Assembly (NCBI RefSeq): GCF_006345805.1
Contig: NC_043012.1
Coordinates: 32,736,001-32,800,000 of the forward strand
Direction of reading: 5' to 3'
Length of the DNA stretch: 64,000 bases
Origin: Octopus sinensis
Taxonomy: Eukaryota
Shown here: piece by piece, positions 50,951 to 64,000 of the stretch
Numbering within the stretch: position 1 is the stretch's first letter
Layout of the letters: the number at the start of each line of letters is the position of its first letter
Program-made: the position numbers and the translations under genes
Notes under the pieces: generated by a model
What the model was told of the DNA's origin: nothing
Database searches by the model: none
What the model saw: only the letters and a program-made list of their open reading frames with translations

Positions 50951-51003
50951 ATATATATATATTATTAAGCAGTATATTGCTGGTTGTGTTGATCAGAATG
51001 TGA

Positions 51004-51117
51004 CTGTTGGTTTCACACTGACCATTGCACTTGGTATTATTGCTGACTTTTCAGACACCATGTCAGAAGAGTTGTCAGTGTTGCCAAGTGCAATAGCCAG
51101 CACAAAACCAATAACAG
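51004..51117 (+). ncRNA. Pre-miRNA-like imperfect hairpin
   Basis: TGTTGGTTT/AAACCAATA, ATTGCACTTGG/CCAAGTGCAAT (11 bp) and TGCTGAC/GTCAGTG stems with a 5 nt loop. Several G-U pairs form on the plus strand. Confidence 0.35.
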
Positions 51118-53657
51118 CATAGATTATTCTATTGATTCTATTGCTAAATAATTATAGCTCTTATGTTATTCCTTTATTTATGTGAAACTCCACAAACAAA
51201 CAAAATTTTTTTAAAAACCACTCTTTTTACATAAACTTGAATCCCTCTGCAACCAATTGTCCTCTCTTTCTACCACTTTCAAATTGTGAAACAATTTCTT
51301 CTATTCTAGTTTGATAATTTATGGAAAAATAAAATATTTCTCTGCTATCTTTTTCAGTTTATAAATTTCTTGCTTTATATAAATACTGAGATTGTATAGG
51401 ATAGCAAATTGATTATTGCTTATTAAAGATATTGATTTGAAATTCAGCATTTTAGCCATTAAATTTCCCTTTTAACTATAATCTATAAGAATTATTTCTG
51501 CTTCCCAGTATTTATGATGACAGGTCCTAACTAACTGCCTTTAATGTTTGCTTTAAGTGTTCAGTGTTTGTATAATATAAAGTGCCAGTTTAATGTTCAT
51601 AGCTTTTTTAGTAATTTGAAAAAAAAAAAAGTTCTAACAGAAGTTCTAAAGGATTTGAAGAATTGATTTTGTAGTTTTTGCTCCACTGATCTCTTTCTGG
51701 CTTATTTATTAAAGTAGCTCATACTATTCAGCTTAGACATTTCGGTAATCGCCCACACATCTCCTATATCGTCAGTTTGTTCATTTATTGTTTTTAATTC
51801 TTCAACTGAACTAATTATACATTCTACTCTGCAATTAAAATGCATTTCTGTTATATCATTTCACCTACCTATCAAAGTAGGCTTGCTCACTCAAGCAGAA
51901 CCCTACCTTTCACAAAGATTCTCTACAGTCAGTTATATATTCTTTGCATATATTTTATAAATGTTATATATATTTTACATATATTTTATATTCTTTGCCA
52001 TGTATTTTAGATATATTTTATATTGCCTTTATATATTTGGTCTCCCATTCCAGTCCCCATCATGTTTGCTTTCCTCAATAGTTATCATTTAATGTATAAT
52101 CTATATACACTTGGTTACTTATATTATTGAATAGCGTTTTCTGTACTATTTAATATTCTTTTTATTTGTGTATTGAGAAAGGAGATTATCTTGACCCCTC
52201 TCATTGTATATTCTTTTTTTAGTTGTTTCATCTTTATTTTTATGTTTTCTAAGTTAGCTTGGCATATAACATTAGATGCAGCCTGTCTTTGTTTCCATGG
52301 CATTGAACATATGTGAGACACCTCTCTCCTTGTGGATAGAATATAAATCTAATGTATCACCTGCTGCATCAGGTATCATCCAAGCTGAAAGCTCCCTTGC
52401 TGTAGGTTTTCATTTTATTCAGAATCTTATTATCAATGTGATCTTCTAAGTTGATTATTTTATTGATACTTACACATGGAACTTCATATCATTTCGAGTC
52501 ATATTTGATACGAAATGAAGTATAATCTTCATATATACCAATTCTCATTCACTGCCTTTCTTATTTTTGTTAATAGGAAAAAAAAAAAAAAAATCAGCTT
52601 AAATGGAATTTGTCTACCAGAAATTAAAGTGTTAAAACGGCAACAATTTTATCACTTTGCAGAAAGAATATGGTTTTTCTTTAAAAGAAAAATAAAGACA
52701 TTTACAAAAGCTTCCTTTTAGGAAGTCTTATCTTCAAACATTCTCTTACATCAACTAACATCTGGGATTTATTCTCTTACCTTTTTATCTGTTTTCAAAT
52801 TGAACGAAAAGCACTTAATTTTCCCCAAAATACTGTTCTATATTACTAGTATTTTTTCTTTCTGTTAGCATCTTAACTATTTCTCTCTGGTTGTAGTTAG
52901 TATGATCTAATTGAATGATGAATGGTTTCTGCTAATGTATATAGTAGTAGCATAACAATAAAATATCAGAGTAACTTAATATAAGTGACATTGTGTTAAG
53001 TAAATTTTAGGTTGTCTTGGATTGTCAGTGCAAAACTATTTATTACTCTTTGCAATTTATATTTACTGATAGAACCTTTTAAAATTTTGGGTTTTCTGTC
53101 TTCATTGATTCTGAGTATGGAATATGAAAAATGATTTTAACAAGGCTGCGAGAAGCAAGAAAATTTAACATTTTAGGCATGTTACAATTTTCTTTGATTA
53201 CAAATTTTCTGTACACATCGAAGAGGACTCTACGATTTTGTTAGCATATCGTAAAACACTTGAAATTCTTTGCCAAAATAAATACAACAAAAGAATATTT
53301 AACTTATGCTGAGAATAATATAAATTTGTAATCTTCACTGGCCATTGTTTCTTTGTGGCGTTGAGGATATTAAAATAGTCATGACATTTTAAAAGTTGTC
53401 TATATTTTTTGTTTCTATTATTATGAAGAAAGGCCTTGATATTTCTGTCATATTTGTTTTAACCCATTCATCATCTTAGAGTTTTTTGGGTTTTTTTTTG
53501 TTGGGTCTTTTTAATTAGTGAAAACTGCTTATATATCTTAATATCAAAGCTTTTACTTTTATATACTTTATAAGATAATGTTTCATAGAACAAAGCAATT
53601 GTTTTTATTTATTGCGTTCATAATTGAAATTTACCATACATAAAAATTAAAAATAAC

Positions 53658-54060
53658 GGATCTTTTCGATTTGAACAGCAGTTTTTTTCTAGTGGTGTCA
53701 TATGAAATTGTCACTCATAATTATGGCCCTAGTATCGATCTGTTGCATTTCAATCTGTTTTAAGGTTAGGGGTGGGGGGAAGGGTATCACAAATGTAAAT
53801 AAACCCAATCTGTTTCTTAAACAAAGGACATATTCATACAGCACAGAATGTTTTTTTTTAACTCAATAGACGTCATTGATTGGTTGAAATTGCTGGAATT
53901 GAAGAAAAAAACAACAAATATTTTACAAACTATAGAATTTTCTCAATAAAGCCAAGAGAAAAAAATGTTTTATAAACACATTCTACCAGTATACGAAGTT
54001 TAAAATTTTTTAGTTACCTAGAAATTATGTTAAAAACTGCTGTTCAAACCGAAAAGATCC
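53658..54060. mobile_element. MITE with 28 bp TIR and perfect 8 bp target site duplication (Merlin-, hAT- or P-like)
   Basis: GGATCTTTTCGATTTGAACAGCAGTTTT / AAAACTGCTGTTCAAACCGAAAAGATCC, with AAAATAAC on both sides. Confidence 0.9.
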
Positions 54061-54237
54061 AAAATAACTGTTAAGGCTTTTGTCAGTTTTCTTTAATTTG
54101 GTACTACTTAAGATAAAACTCATCCATTGATTTGTTACTGATGGGGAAGGAATATATTCAGTTTAGAGTACATATATAGTTGTCACCAACATTATATCTA
54201 AAGCCTTCTCCCTTCAGCTTATGGAATCCTTATTTAA

Positions 54238-54444
54238 CCCTTTTGTTACTGTATTTATTTTGAGATGTTCTGAGTTTCTTTCAATTACTTTAAATGTAAC
54301 AAAGAATTTAGTAAAATAACTTAGTTATCATTAAGCTAGTGTTAGGAACATAAATTGTAGAAGATTTTAATTCAGAACTTTTGAAAACAAGACATTTGCA
54401 CTACAGAGCCAGAGCTGGTTCCAGCCGGGTTGGTATCAAAAGGG
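54238..54444. mobile_element. piggyBac-type MITE, second family
   Basis: TTAA|CCCTTTTGTTAC..GTATCAAAAGGG|TTAA. Confidence 0.85.
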
Positions 54445-54639
54445 TTAATATCATAATCCACATGCTTGGCTATTCTAGAAACAACTGTTTAAATTTAATT
54501 TTTTTTTCCTCAAGTGATGCCAAATGTTTTTGCTTTTACATTTTGTGTTTTAATTTTTATTTAAAGTGTGTATATGTATACAATTGAATCCTAATCCATA
54601 ATTCTTTATTTTTGATATTTCTGGAACTGTGCTAAATGC

Positions 54640-55350
54640 TCATTCTTATTGACCACATCATCTGTTTTTGTTCCCCACTCATTATGTCTGTTTGCATGGG
54701 TTTTCTGGATCTGCTCCCACACTGTCTCTTGCAGTCTTATGTCACCTTTGTGAGGCTTAAGCATCCTGAGATCAGCCCACATGACATCTTTGCGTGTTTT
54801 CCTTTCTGGCAGATTCCTTCCACTCAGCCTATCTTCATCCAACTTTCATTGTTCACACCAGCTGTCTTCTCACTCTTTCACACTAATCAAATTCCTTTTG
54901 TATTCATTTGTTCACACACTCTGACATTACGCATCAAGTGATGCATGCTTTTGTCAATCCATTCCAACATTCACACAATTTCTTCATTCAGTCCTATGTT
55001 GATTTACCATACAGCATCACTCTTTCTACTCAGACATCATATAATTTGCTCTTTACTTGGAAAAATAATTCCTTTGTTGCTAGCAATTGTAACAGTTTCC
55101 TGAACCATTTCCAGTCTATTCTTAATCTGGGTGCTATGCTTTTGATGCACAGCTTTTGACTGCCAATTAAACAAGTTAGTTAACAGAAGTTGATAACTAT
55201 TTTCTAGGATGCCTTCTGAACGTTTGAAGAATATATTTTACAGGTGATCTTATTAGTAAATGCAAAGTCCTCTCTCAACCTGCCTATAATCAAATTGCAT
55301 CTCTTGATACATGCACTAGGGGGAGCTAGGGGAGAGGAGATGACTGACAG
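54640..55350 (-). mobile_element. Decayed RTE LINE C-terminal fragment
   Basis: MDEDRL..RKTRKDVMWADLRML and an MLYG..ML-like motif. Confidence 0.55.
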
Positions 55351-55479
55351 TGTAGGAAATGGGATGAGGTGGTGAAGAATAACAGAATAGAAATAATAAT
55401 AATAAAAATGAATACAGAAGAAAGCGAGGATGTCTCATGCTATCATCTGTTCTTGTGTAGGAATATTGGTCTCTTAAAT

Positions 55480-55657
55480 TTTAGTTGAGTAAATTGGCCT
55501 CAGTACAATTTTTTTTAAAACTTGGTACTTATTCTCTCTGCCTCTTTTGCTGAACCACTCAGTCAAGGGAGTGTAAGCACACCAACACTAGTTGTCAAGT
55601 GGTAGTGGAGATAAACATAGACATGCACACTCAGATATATGTGTGTATATGTATGTA

Positions 55658-55731
<74 letters not shown>

Positions 55732-55978
55732 CTGAGTGTGTGTGCCATGTCTTATGTGTGAATTTTCCATTCATTCCTTTATCAAGTTTTTGTTTAAATG
55801 TTGAGGATTACATATATGATGGGCTTCTTTCAGGTTCTGTCTACTAAATCCACTCACAAGACTGGTTGGTCTGAGGCTGTAATAGGAGACACTTGCTCAA
55901 GATGTCATGCAATGGGACTGAACCCAGGAATGTGGTTGAGAAGTAGACCTCTTAGCACACGGTTACGCCTGCACCTAT
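55480..55978 (-). mobile_element. Family B SINE
   Basis: Both halves flank an internal (GT)n(AT)n tract. Confidence 0.7.
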
Positions 55979-57051
55979 AGAGCGATATTTCAGTGTCAAA
56001 CTTGTTAATTTATCAGTTTATGTTGAGACAGAACTGTTTCAATTTAAAAGTATTTCAAGAGATTACTTGAAAATCTAATTAAACATTTAGAATTGTTGAA
56101 AAAGCCGAAGATCTCCTGATGGTATGTATAAAACAAATAGAAAAAGTACAGAAGTCTAATTATTTCCTTTTTGCAAAGTTGTGCTGAGAAACATGATTGG
56201 AATTAATTTTACTAAAAGGCTGTAGAAATATCAACTTAAAATGATGTGTCTTTAAAATTTATCAGTACCCCCCCCCACTCCCCCCACAAAATAATCATTT
56301 GAACAAGTTGATTAGTTTACACTTGTCAGTGGTGAATCTTAGTAATTGGCTTTTATCTCATTTACAAATGACAGCTGATGAATGAGTTCATTTATCACAC
56401 ATGCACACATGAAACCAATGTGGAGATATTTTAAACTGATTTGAATTTGCCTCTTAGTTGTCATGCAAAAAGATTCAGAGACAAGCAGCGGTAATTGAGA
56501 TTTAGCAAGAAAGCTGACTTTGGATAAAACAGTGTCCGTAGAAATTTACCTTAAATACACACCAAGTTTGTAGTTTTGCAAGGATTATTTATTGCATGAA
56601 CATTAAAAAATGTAACAATTTTTTGCCAACCTAATGTGGCAGTCCCATTTAGGGGCGAATGCTACTATTGTTTAGCCATCTCAGCCAAAGAGTTATTCTG
56701 TGCCTAGGAAGGGAAATAACCCAGAAACCATACGGTCCACAGATACTGCCTTGTGGTGGCTGGGGGTGCTAACCTCCCCTGTTTGAAAATATAAGGACAC
56801 AGATTGTGTGTCATATAGCCAGCTGGAGACAATGTCTCCGGGGGCTAAACAACAGTTACATTGGCAAGTGCTGCTACTGAATATCTCTCGTTGAGAGGTT
56901 TAGGGACAACAATGTTTCTATTTCATTAAATAATGTATTATTAGATAAACATAAGATAGATAAATGCGGCAATTCAGACATTGGTTTCCCACCTGTGATG
57001 CCGGAGACAAGTGTTTGATTCCTGGGCGAAGCTGGGTACAGCATGTACAGA

Positions 57052-57214
57052 GGTGCAAGTGTGACTCTGTGGTAAGAAGTTTACTTTCCAACCACATGGT
57101 TCCTGGTTCAGTTCCATTGAGTGGCGCTTTGGGCAGGTGTCTTCCACTGTAGCTCTGGACCAACCAAAGCCTTGTGAATGGATTTGGTAGACAGAAACTG
57201 AAAGAAGTCTTTTG

Positions 57215-57247
<33 letters not shown>

Positions 57248-57300
57248 GTTTGTGTGTGTTTATGTTTGTCCTCCACCTCCCCTTGACAATCAGTGTTGGT
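57052..57300 (+). mobile_element. Family B SINE, 5' part
   Basis: GGTAAGAAGTTTACTTTCCAACCACATGG..CCTTGTGAATGGATTTGG. Confidence 0.7.
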
Positions 57301-58054
57301 TTGTTTAATTGTTTCAATTATGTTCCAAAGAGAAAATAAGTCATCAGCAACTACTTTATAAGTATTTTCTAATACCTGGTACATGTAAACAAGTCTTACT
57401 GCTATTTCAGCTTCTATAGAAATTATTGATCTTACTGGTATGGTACTCTTGTTCATCTGGAGCAATGTACTTGATATCCTGAAACTCACCTCTTTGCAGT
57501 GCCTCATCGTAATATTCAGTATTGTTTGAAAATTTGTTTGTCGATAATTTAGAGATTGTAAGGGAAATATTTCTAACTAGATATGTCTAACATGGATCTA
57601 AGATGATTAGATAATCAGTGTATGTAGTGTAAATTTTTGTTTGGTTTATGGTAAGCATCTATTTAAAAAGTACCATTAAGAAAATGTGTCATTTTGGTAT
57701 TAGCACTGAAGAGATAGAAAGATGATAATTTTGAAAGAATCTAGTCTTTTATGAAGCCTTTCTAAGGGGAAAGGTTTATAGTCTTCTACAGCTAGTCGAG
57801 CACCTTCCCTTTATAATCCTTCATCAATTGTATGTATGTATGTATATATATGACAATATAGTAGTTGCTGATATCAAACTGATTGAATGAGGTGCTTCTC
57901 GCATGTTTTGTTTTCTATATATACTCTTCTGTACAGCACTGAAACCTGAGATTCATTATAAAGGATACAAATATAATACACATGATGTTCTAAATACTGG
58001 TTATTTGTTGCGCAATGTAAGGTTTAAATTACACTGAGTGTATATACACACACA

Positions 58055-58332
58055 ACTTAGTGGTTAGGGTGTTGCACTCACAGTCTAGCGATTGTGATTT
58101 CAATTGCTAGACCTGGTTGTGCATTGTGTTCTTGAGCAAAACACTTCATCTCACGTTGCTCTGCGATCACTTTGACACCTGATGCGTGGTACACTGTGCA
58201 CCTGCTCAGACAATGTTGATTTGATGGAGAGAGAGTGAGCATGATGAGCATTTGATCACTATAAATAAATCATTTGGGCTAGTTGTTCAGCAGAAGCTGA
58301 GTGATCATACATCGTCCTTGATCGGAGAGTCC
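58055..58332 (+). mobile_element. tRNA-derived SINE (family E)
   Basis: CTTAGTGGTTAGGGTGTTGCACTC..GATTTCAATTGC..GTTCTTGAGCAAAACACTT. Confidence 0.75.
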
Positions 58333-58333
58333 A

Positions 58334-58548
58334 TCATCGTTTAACGTCCGTTTTCCATGCTAGCATGGGTTGGACGGTTCGAAAGGGGGGTCTGGGAAGC
58401 CAGGAGGCTGCACTAGGCTCCAGTCTGATCTGGCAGTGTTTCTACAGCTGGATGCCCTTCCTAATGCCAACCACTCTATGAGTGTAGTGGGTGCTTTTTA
58501 CGTGCCACCAGCACAGGTGCCAGGGGAGGCTGGCAACGGCCACGATCG
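58334..58548 (-). mobile_element. Family C copy
   Basis: Same consensus as other family C copies. Confidence 0.85.
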
Positions 58549-58860
58549 AATAATTCCTACTTTGAATAGTGGTCCTTGCTATAAAAAATAGCATATAAAT
58601 ATTGAGTTGAAAATCCCATTTGGAATAAAAATGTTGAAGGTTTTCCTGTTCTGAATTTTGTTTAGCATATTGAATATGTTTTATTTATTTGTTGTGTCAA
58701 ATAGTATTTTTTCTTGTTCAGATAAATCTGTTAAATTATAAATAAAGTCCCATTTTAAACTACAAACTTATTCTATCCTTCAATACATTGTCCCTTGTTA
58801 CACATTGCACTTCCTCTTGAATTTTGTTCTGTGCCTCTTGAACATATTTACAAGCATTAA

Positions 58861-59072
58861 CCCTTTTGCATTCAGATCATTGTCAAATGTAAAGCTTATT
58901 TATTCACATTTTCAATTAATCCTGCATTATTTCATAGCTTCAAGATTTTGATGTGATTCTTTATTTTTAGAATGATATTGTAGGATAGGTATGAGACATT
59001 GGATCTCGTCGATTTGAACATAAAATGAGTAGAATATTTGAGCTGGATATGGCCAGTTTAAATGCTAAATGG
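58861..59072. mobile_element. piggyBac-type MITE (TTAA flanks)
   Basis: TTAA|CCCTTTTGCATT..AATGCTAAATGG|TTAA. Confidence 0.8.
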
Positions 59073-59281
59073 TTAAGTTAAAGTTATCTCTGCACTTGCA
59101 TTAAAGTGATATGTTACTAGTTGAATATAATTTAGAACATCCATACCTGTTAAACTGAAGAAATACTGAAATGCTTTTCTTTGCTTAAGCATAATGGTTA
59201 TCATATATATTTTACTAGCTTTATCAGACATTTCTATCATCACTATAAATGTAAGCATATTTATATCACAGGTCAGTTTAA

Positions 59282-59500
59282 CCCATTAGCATTCAGGTTA
59301 TTCTGTCAAATATAATATTTATTCATCCATATTGTTTTAGGCTAATCATGCATTATTTCGTAGCTTTAAGATTTCAATGATGTTATCACCTGTTTTTAGA
59401 TTGACATTATAGGTTGGTGTGAGATACCAAATCTGGGCAGTTTTAACAGAAAACAGGTAGATTATTTGGGACGGATATGGCTGGTTTAAACACTAAAGGG
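59282..59500. mobile_element. piggyBac-type MITE, same family
   Basis: TTAA|CCCATTAGCATT..AACACTAAAGGG|TTAA. Confidence 0.8.
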
Positions 59501-62500
59501 TTAATTAGCTTTTAGTTATAAGAATTTCATTTAGCTGTGGCTGATCGAATTTGTCTATTTTACTCTCAACATTTTAGTTTGCTGTATTTTCTTCTAATTA
59601 ATTTCTAATTGATTTACCTTTTGTTGAACCTTTTTTCCCCCCATTGTGTTTATCTTCTTGGTGAGAAATATTTCCTTTTGTGCAATTAAACTTGCAATAT
59701 GTGGCATGCAATAATGCCTTTGAATAGTGTTTGAACTTATGACTGTTCAGTCATCGCCTCATGTTTATTTAATTGCTAATACTCATTGGTATATATACAC
59801 ACACACACACACAAACACTAATATTGAACAGTGAGAATATGTGTTCAATATACACACGTTTATTTGTTTGCATGTATGTAACCAGGAAAATTAGCTCTGC
59901 TAGCAATAGAATATTAATTAAGCTCCTTCCTCCCTGTATTAAATTAGGTACTGTTTATAATTCCATTTGTTAAATTTTTGTTGTTATTTATTTCAGTTCT
60001 GGGATGTCATGTTTGCATTAATTAATATAATTTATCAAGTTCAATCTTTAATTGACTTGTGTTTTTGGAAAGAAGCAATACACATGAGGTACAAATTCTT
60101 AGCCTTCACCATTTGTACTTTCCAGTTATTCTTGGAATAGATCATCTAACATTCAACCTTATTTTTTTTATCTAATAACACTTTCATTTTGAAAATTCCT
60201 TGCCATTTTTTAAATAAACCAATCAACCATTTCTTTTTCAATCAGAATTAAAAGAAATTCTAGCAGTTTTCATTACCTTATTCACTGTTTCATACTAGTC
60301 ACTATATTCTGAAAATACATTTCTGATGGGTAGATTTGAATTATTGTAAATGAAAGTTTGCTTCAAAATGACAGCTGTTGAAATTTATGTAACGATAGCT
60401 AATTACTTAATGGAAACTGTTGGGTTGTACTTATGATGTTATAATATAGACACTTTTGTCTGAGGATTATGACAAGTGTCTTACAGTTGAATAACTATAG
60501 CTACTTCCACAAAATTAGCCTTTTAGCGTAGTAGAACTGTTGATTATTATTCTAATTATTTTTATGTTTATAAATATTACAACACGGTAGCTCTTGTTCA
60601 GTATAAATATGAAGTTTGTTATGTAAGAACTTTTATTGTTATAGAAGTAGGACAGTGGATTGGTAAAATTAGCAAAGCAGTTGGTCAACAAAATGCTATT
60701 AGTTATGTATCAAAACATTCTGAATTTTAATTCCACGAAGGTTGTTGACTTTGCCTTTCATTTTTCTGGAGTCGCAAAGGTTGATCTAATTGACTATGCT
60801 GATAATTTAAGTGTGAGGTGTTGTGCATCTGGTAGAAATTAATTTGATTATGAAGTTTGGGAAGCAACGGTAATAATGACTGCTTCTTGCATCAGACTAA
60901 TTTTCTTATTAGTCTGTGTTGTGAATTCAAACCCTGCAGCTTTCCATCTCCACAGATCCCCAGACTTGATAAAATAAGTAGTAAGCAAATGGCAATTCAA
61001 TTAACTCCTCTACCCTTTTCTACAACTTTATGACATTGTACCAATGTGAACAGTTATTATTTGTATTAACATTGCTATCATATTAAATATAATTTGGCAA
61101 TAAATACACACGTAAGCTTAAAATAGATATAGGTGGGTCTGTCTTAGCTTCTGACCTTGTTAATATAAAAGTAGGTGTTTTAAAATGTCAACAACAAGAC
61201 TCCATGGAATGTTTTACAACAAATTTGGTACTGTTCATTATTGGGTCACTGTTTATGCACACTGGCTGTTGTCTTGCAACAGCTGTGGGACTGAGTATAG
61301 ATTGTATTCTAGAAGATACTAACTACCGATTTCTGTTGTCCAATGGATTCTCAGTGACAGGTTATTTTATAGATTAATCTGAAGAGTTTTCATGGAAGAA
61401 AGATTGCTGTGTGAATTTTTCAATGGGTTTTGCATAGTTTGTCATCATGGCCATTTATTAAGACAACAAAGGCATAACAAGAAATTGTACAAATTGATTT
61501 GAACCCTAACATATTTTTATTTTGAACTTAAAAAATATTGTTAATAAATGTCTCTTCAGGTTTCCAAGTGAAAAAAATAAATATTATCAAGTAATGTCAC
61601 AGTTATTCTCTCAAATGAGAACAACAATAACAATATGACATGCAATTAAAAACCAACAAATTGGTTTTTAAGTGGTCTATAAATGGTAGTTATAATGACA
61701 TTCTCATGACTGCCACTGTTGAATAAAACCTGGAAATATAGTCACAACCATTCAGAGTTAATTATTACATCAAGATAATGTTGTTTCAAGATCACAGTTG
61801 TGTATAACATGAAGATCAAGATTTTTTTAACACACAAACATGCATCAACTTATAAACATGAGCACATACATACATACATGAACTCTTAGTACTAAGTTGA
61901 AACTATATCATGGTTCATGTGTGCTGCATCTAGTTCTACTATTTATGCTTACACTTATCTACATTTATATATTTGTCCAGCTCTCTGTTGATTGTGACAC
62001 ACAACTGCCATTAAATTCATTTATGCCTTGCAGAGTTTACATTATTGAGTTTATATCAGAAAGGAGTGAACTTAAGTGTCAGTCATTTAATTTAAGTACT
62101 GGCATTTATATTTATTATGTTTCTGATAAATAAATTGTTAACTGTCTTCCAGCACTTCTTTAGCTACACTTAGGCTTTGTAGAATCAATAGTATTTTTCT
62201 ATTAGAATATGAAGAATTCATTGTATTTGAGAAGTATGAACTTGTTAGCAAAGCACTGCTTCAATAAAACATTTTCAAGCTTAGCAAAATTCATAAGTTA
62301 GATCTGTCAGTTCACTTATTCTATTGTTTCACACTGATGGTAGTTGTAACGGTGTATGCAGGGAAAACAAATTCTTTTATTGTAGAGAAGTGTTCACTAT
62401 AGCTTCTGAAAATATATAAGCACTTGAAATATTTCTTGCACTGAGACTATGTATTCTCTACACATTAATATTATTACAACTGACTAAACATTAAAGTTTT

Positions 62501-64000
62501 CTATTCCTTCAGACATTCTATTTTAGTGAGTCCACTGCCACTCTCAGCTGCCTGTCATTCTCAATTCTATTAAATATATTTTACACTGATTATATCTCCT
62601 GTGTTCGTGGCAAGAATTTATTTTGACTCAACTTCACTTTGCATAAAGTAATGTTTACATTTTCTCACACTTCGAATATTTCTGTATTTTACAATATTTA
62701 AGGAAATAATTTGTAGTCACTTCATGCATGTAATGCACCATGACTGCCCCAGCTTCATGCAGAGTTACTCTAAGAATTAACCAAAAGACAAGATATTGTC
62801 AATGTATTCTAAAGTGTAACCTCCCTTGCAAACCTCTGTATATCTTGTTTCTTTGCAATACATCATCAATACTGAAATCTTGGTGAAACTTGTACATGGT
62901 GTGTGGAGGGTGGTGGTAATGCTGCCCAATAAATATTATTTATGTTCTTTAATACCATTGGTGTCATGGGCTTCACATCTGACTGGCTTGTTTCACAGGT
63001 CACATAAAATAGATCAAAATTGTTTTGTAATGTTTTCCCCATTCAATTTACTATCAAAGAAAGTCTATTCATTTTGTTGTCACTTTTTAAAAATGGATTT
63101 AGTTTCTTTTTGTTACCAGTACATAGTTTTGAATTTGTACTCTTTTCAGAATTTATTTATAGATGTTTTACTTCGACATTTTGCACTTGAGTTTGAAATG
63201 AATCATTAATGCATAGATTATTTTAGAACTATACGCCTGAGTAATATTTTAATGGTTGACGGGAACTGTACAAACTGGTCTCCTGTATCAAAATAGTTTA
63301 ACATTTTTGCCATTTATTTATTATGGGTAAATTATTTATTATGGTAAATGACTAATAAAGTAAGAATTATCTACTTTGAGTTAAATCTGATGACAATTTA
63401 GAATTAACAATTTTTCTTTCCTCTGTCTTCCTGATTGAAAGTGAAATAGTGTTTCAAAATATATCAATGCTTATTAAGCTCTTGAATTGTTTTGCTTTAA
63501 GAGTATCTGAAATAACCAAAATAAGAGGAAATCATTTTTAAAATATGAGAAATAAGTTGTGAATTTGTTTTAATCTCTAAACTAGTCAATTAGCTAGGTT
63601 AAAATCACTAGATTTTATTCACTTTTGTTATGTTTTAGTGTTACTTTGAGGGTTATTTTTAAAATGTGTCTGCATTTAGCTAAAATTCTATATCAAAGTG
63701 AAAACAGAAATAAGTAGATTTCCATTTCACTAAAAGATTTAGTCTATAGACTCTGGTGGTTTGTTGTTTTTTTCGTTTCTTTATACAACACTGTTATGTT
63801 TCAATGAATTGATTTGATCAATAAACAGACGAGTAGCAATCTAAACAAACTAATGAGTTTTATGTTTGCTTTTAGTATTTAGTAAAGGATGCTTCAGAAT
63901 ATATTGTTTACATGACAACTATTTCATCATCATATTGGTTTTATGTCAGAAGGGTCTACCGTATCACATCTTTACAGTATGTGCTGTATTTGTATCAATA

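Noticed and set aside
51023-51044. miR-92 family gene
   Set aside because: Only the first 11 nt match, the match is on the 5' arm, and the conserved UCCCGGCC 3' part is absent.
56375-56400. CTGATGA followed by a small ATGA/TCAT stem
   Set aside because: No GAAA or stems I and III. Isolated CTGATGA hits near 37099, 57343 (minus) and 63386 were rejected for the same reason.

Overview
AT-rich animal genomic DNA, mostly intergenic or intronic and dominated by repeats. The SINE families, microsatellite load and RTE/Penelope content suggest a coleoid cephalopod, probably Octopus (inference from recalled repeat families, not a database hit). No complete protein-coding gene is visible; most ORF-track entries are microsatellite or repeat artefacts. 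The window holds several tRNA-derived SINE families, RTE LINE fragments with many copies of their (GAT)n-tailed 3' UTR, and relics of R4/Dong, L1/Tx1, Penelope-like (GIY-YIG), Tc1/maT and Merlin elements. It also has piggyBac-type and hAT-type MITEs, non-autonomous Helitrons, and a CRE-CRE-YY1 promoter-like site near 31.4 kb. The standout is 27.9-29.1 kb: two related ~260-275 bp foldbacks among (TA)n tracts. Each left arm, read on the minus strand, folds as a type I hammerhead ribozyme; each right arm is an inverted copy whose stem I is broken right after the cleavage site. This looks like a retrozyme or mini-Penelope system that could release a ~920 nt circularisable RNA. All folds and alignments were done by eye, and repeat boundaries are approximate to about 10-20 bp.
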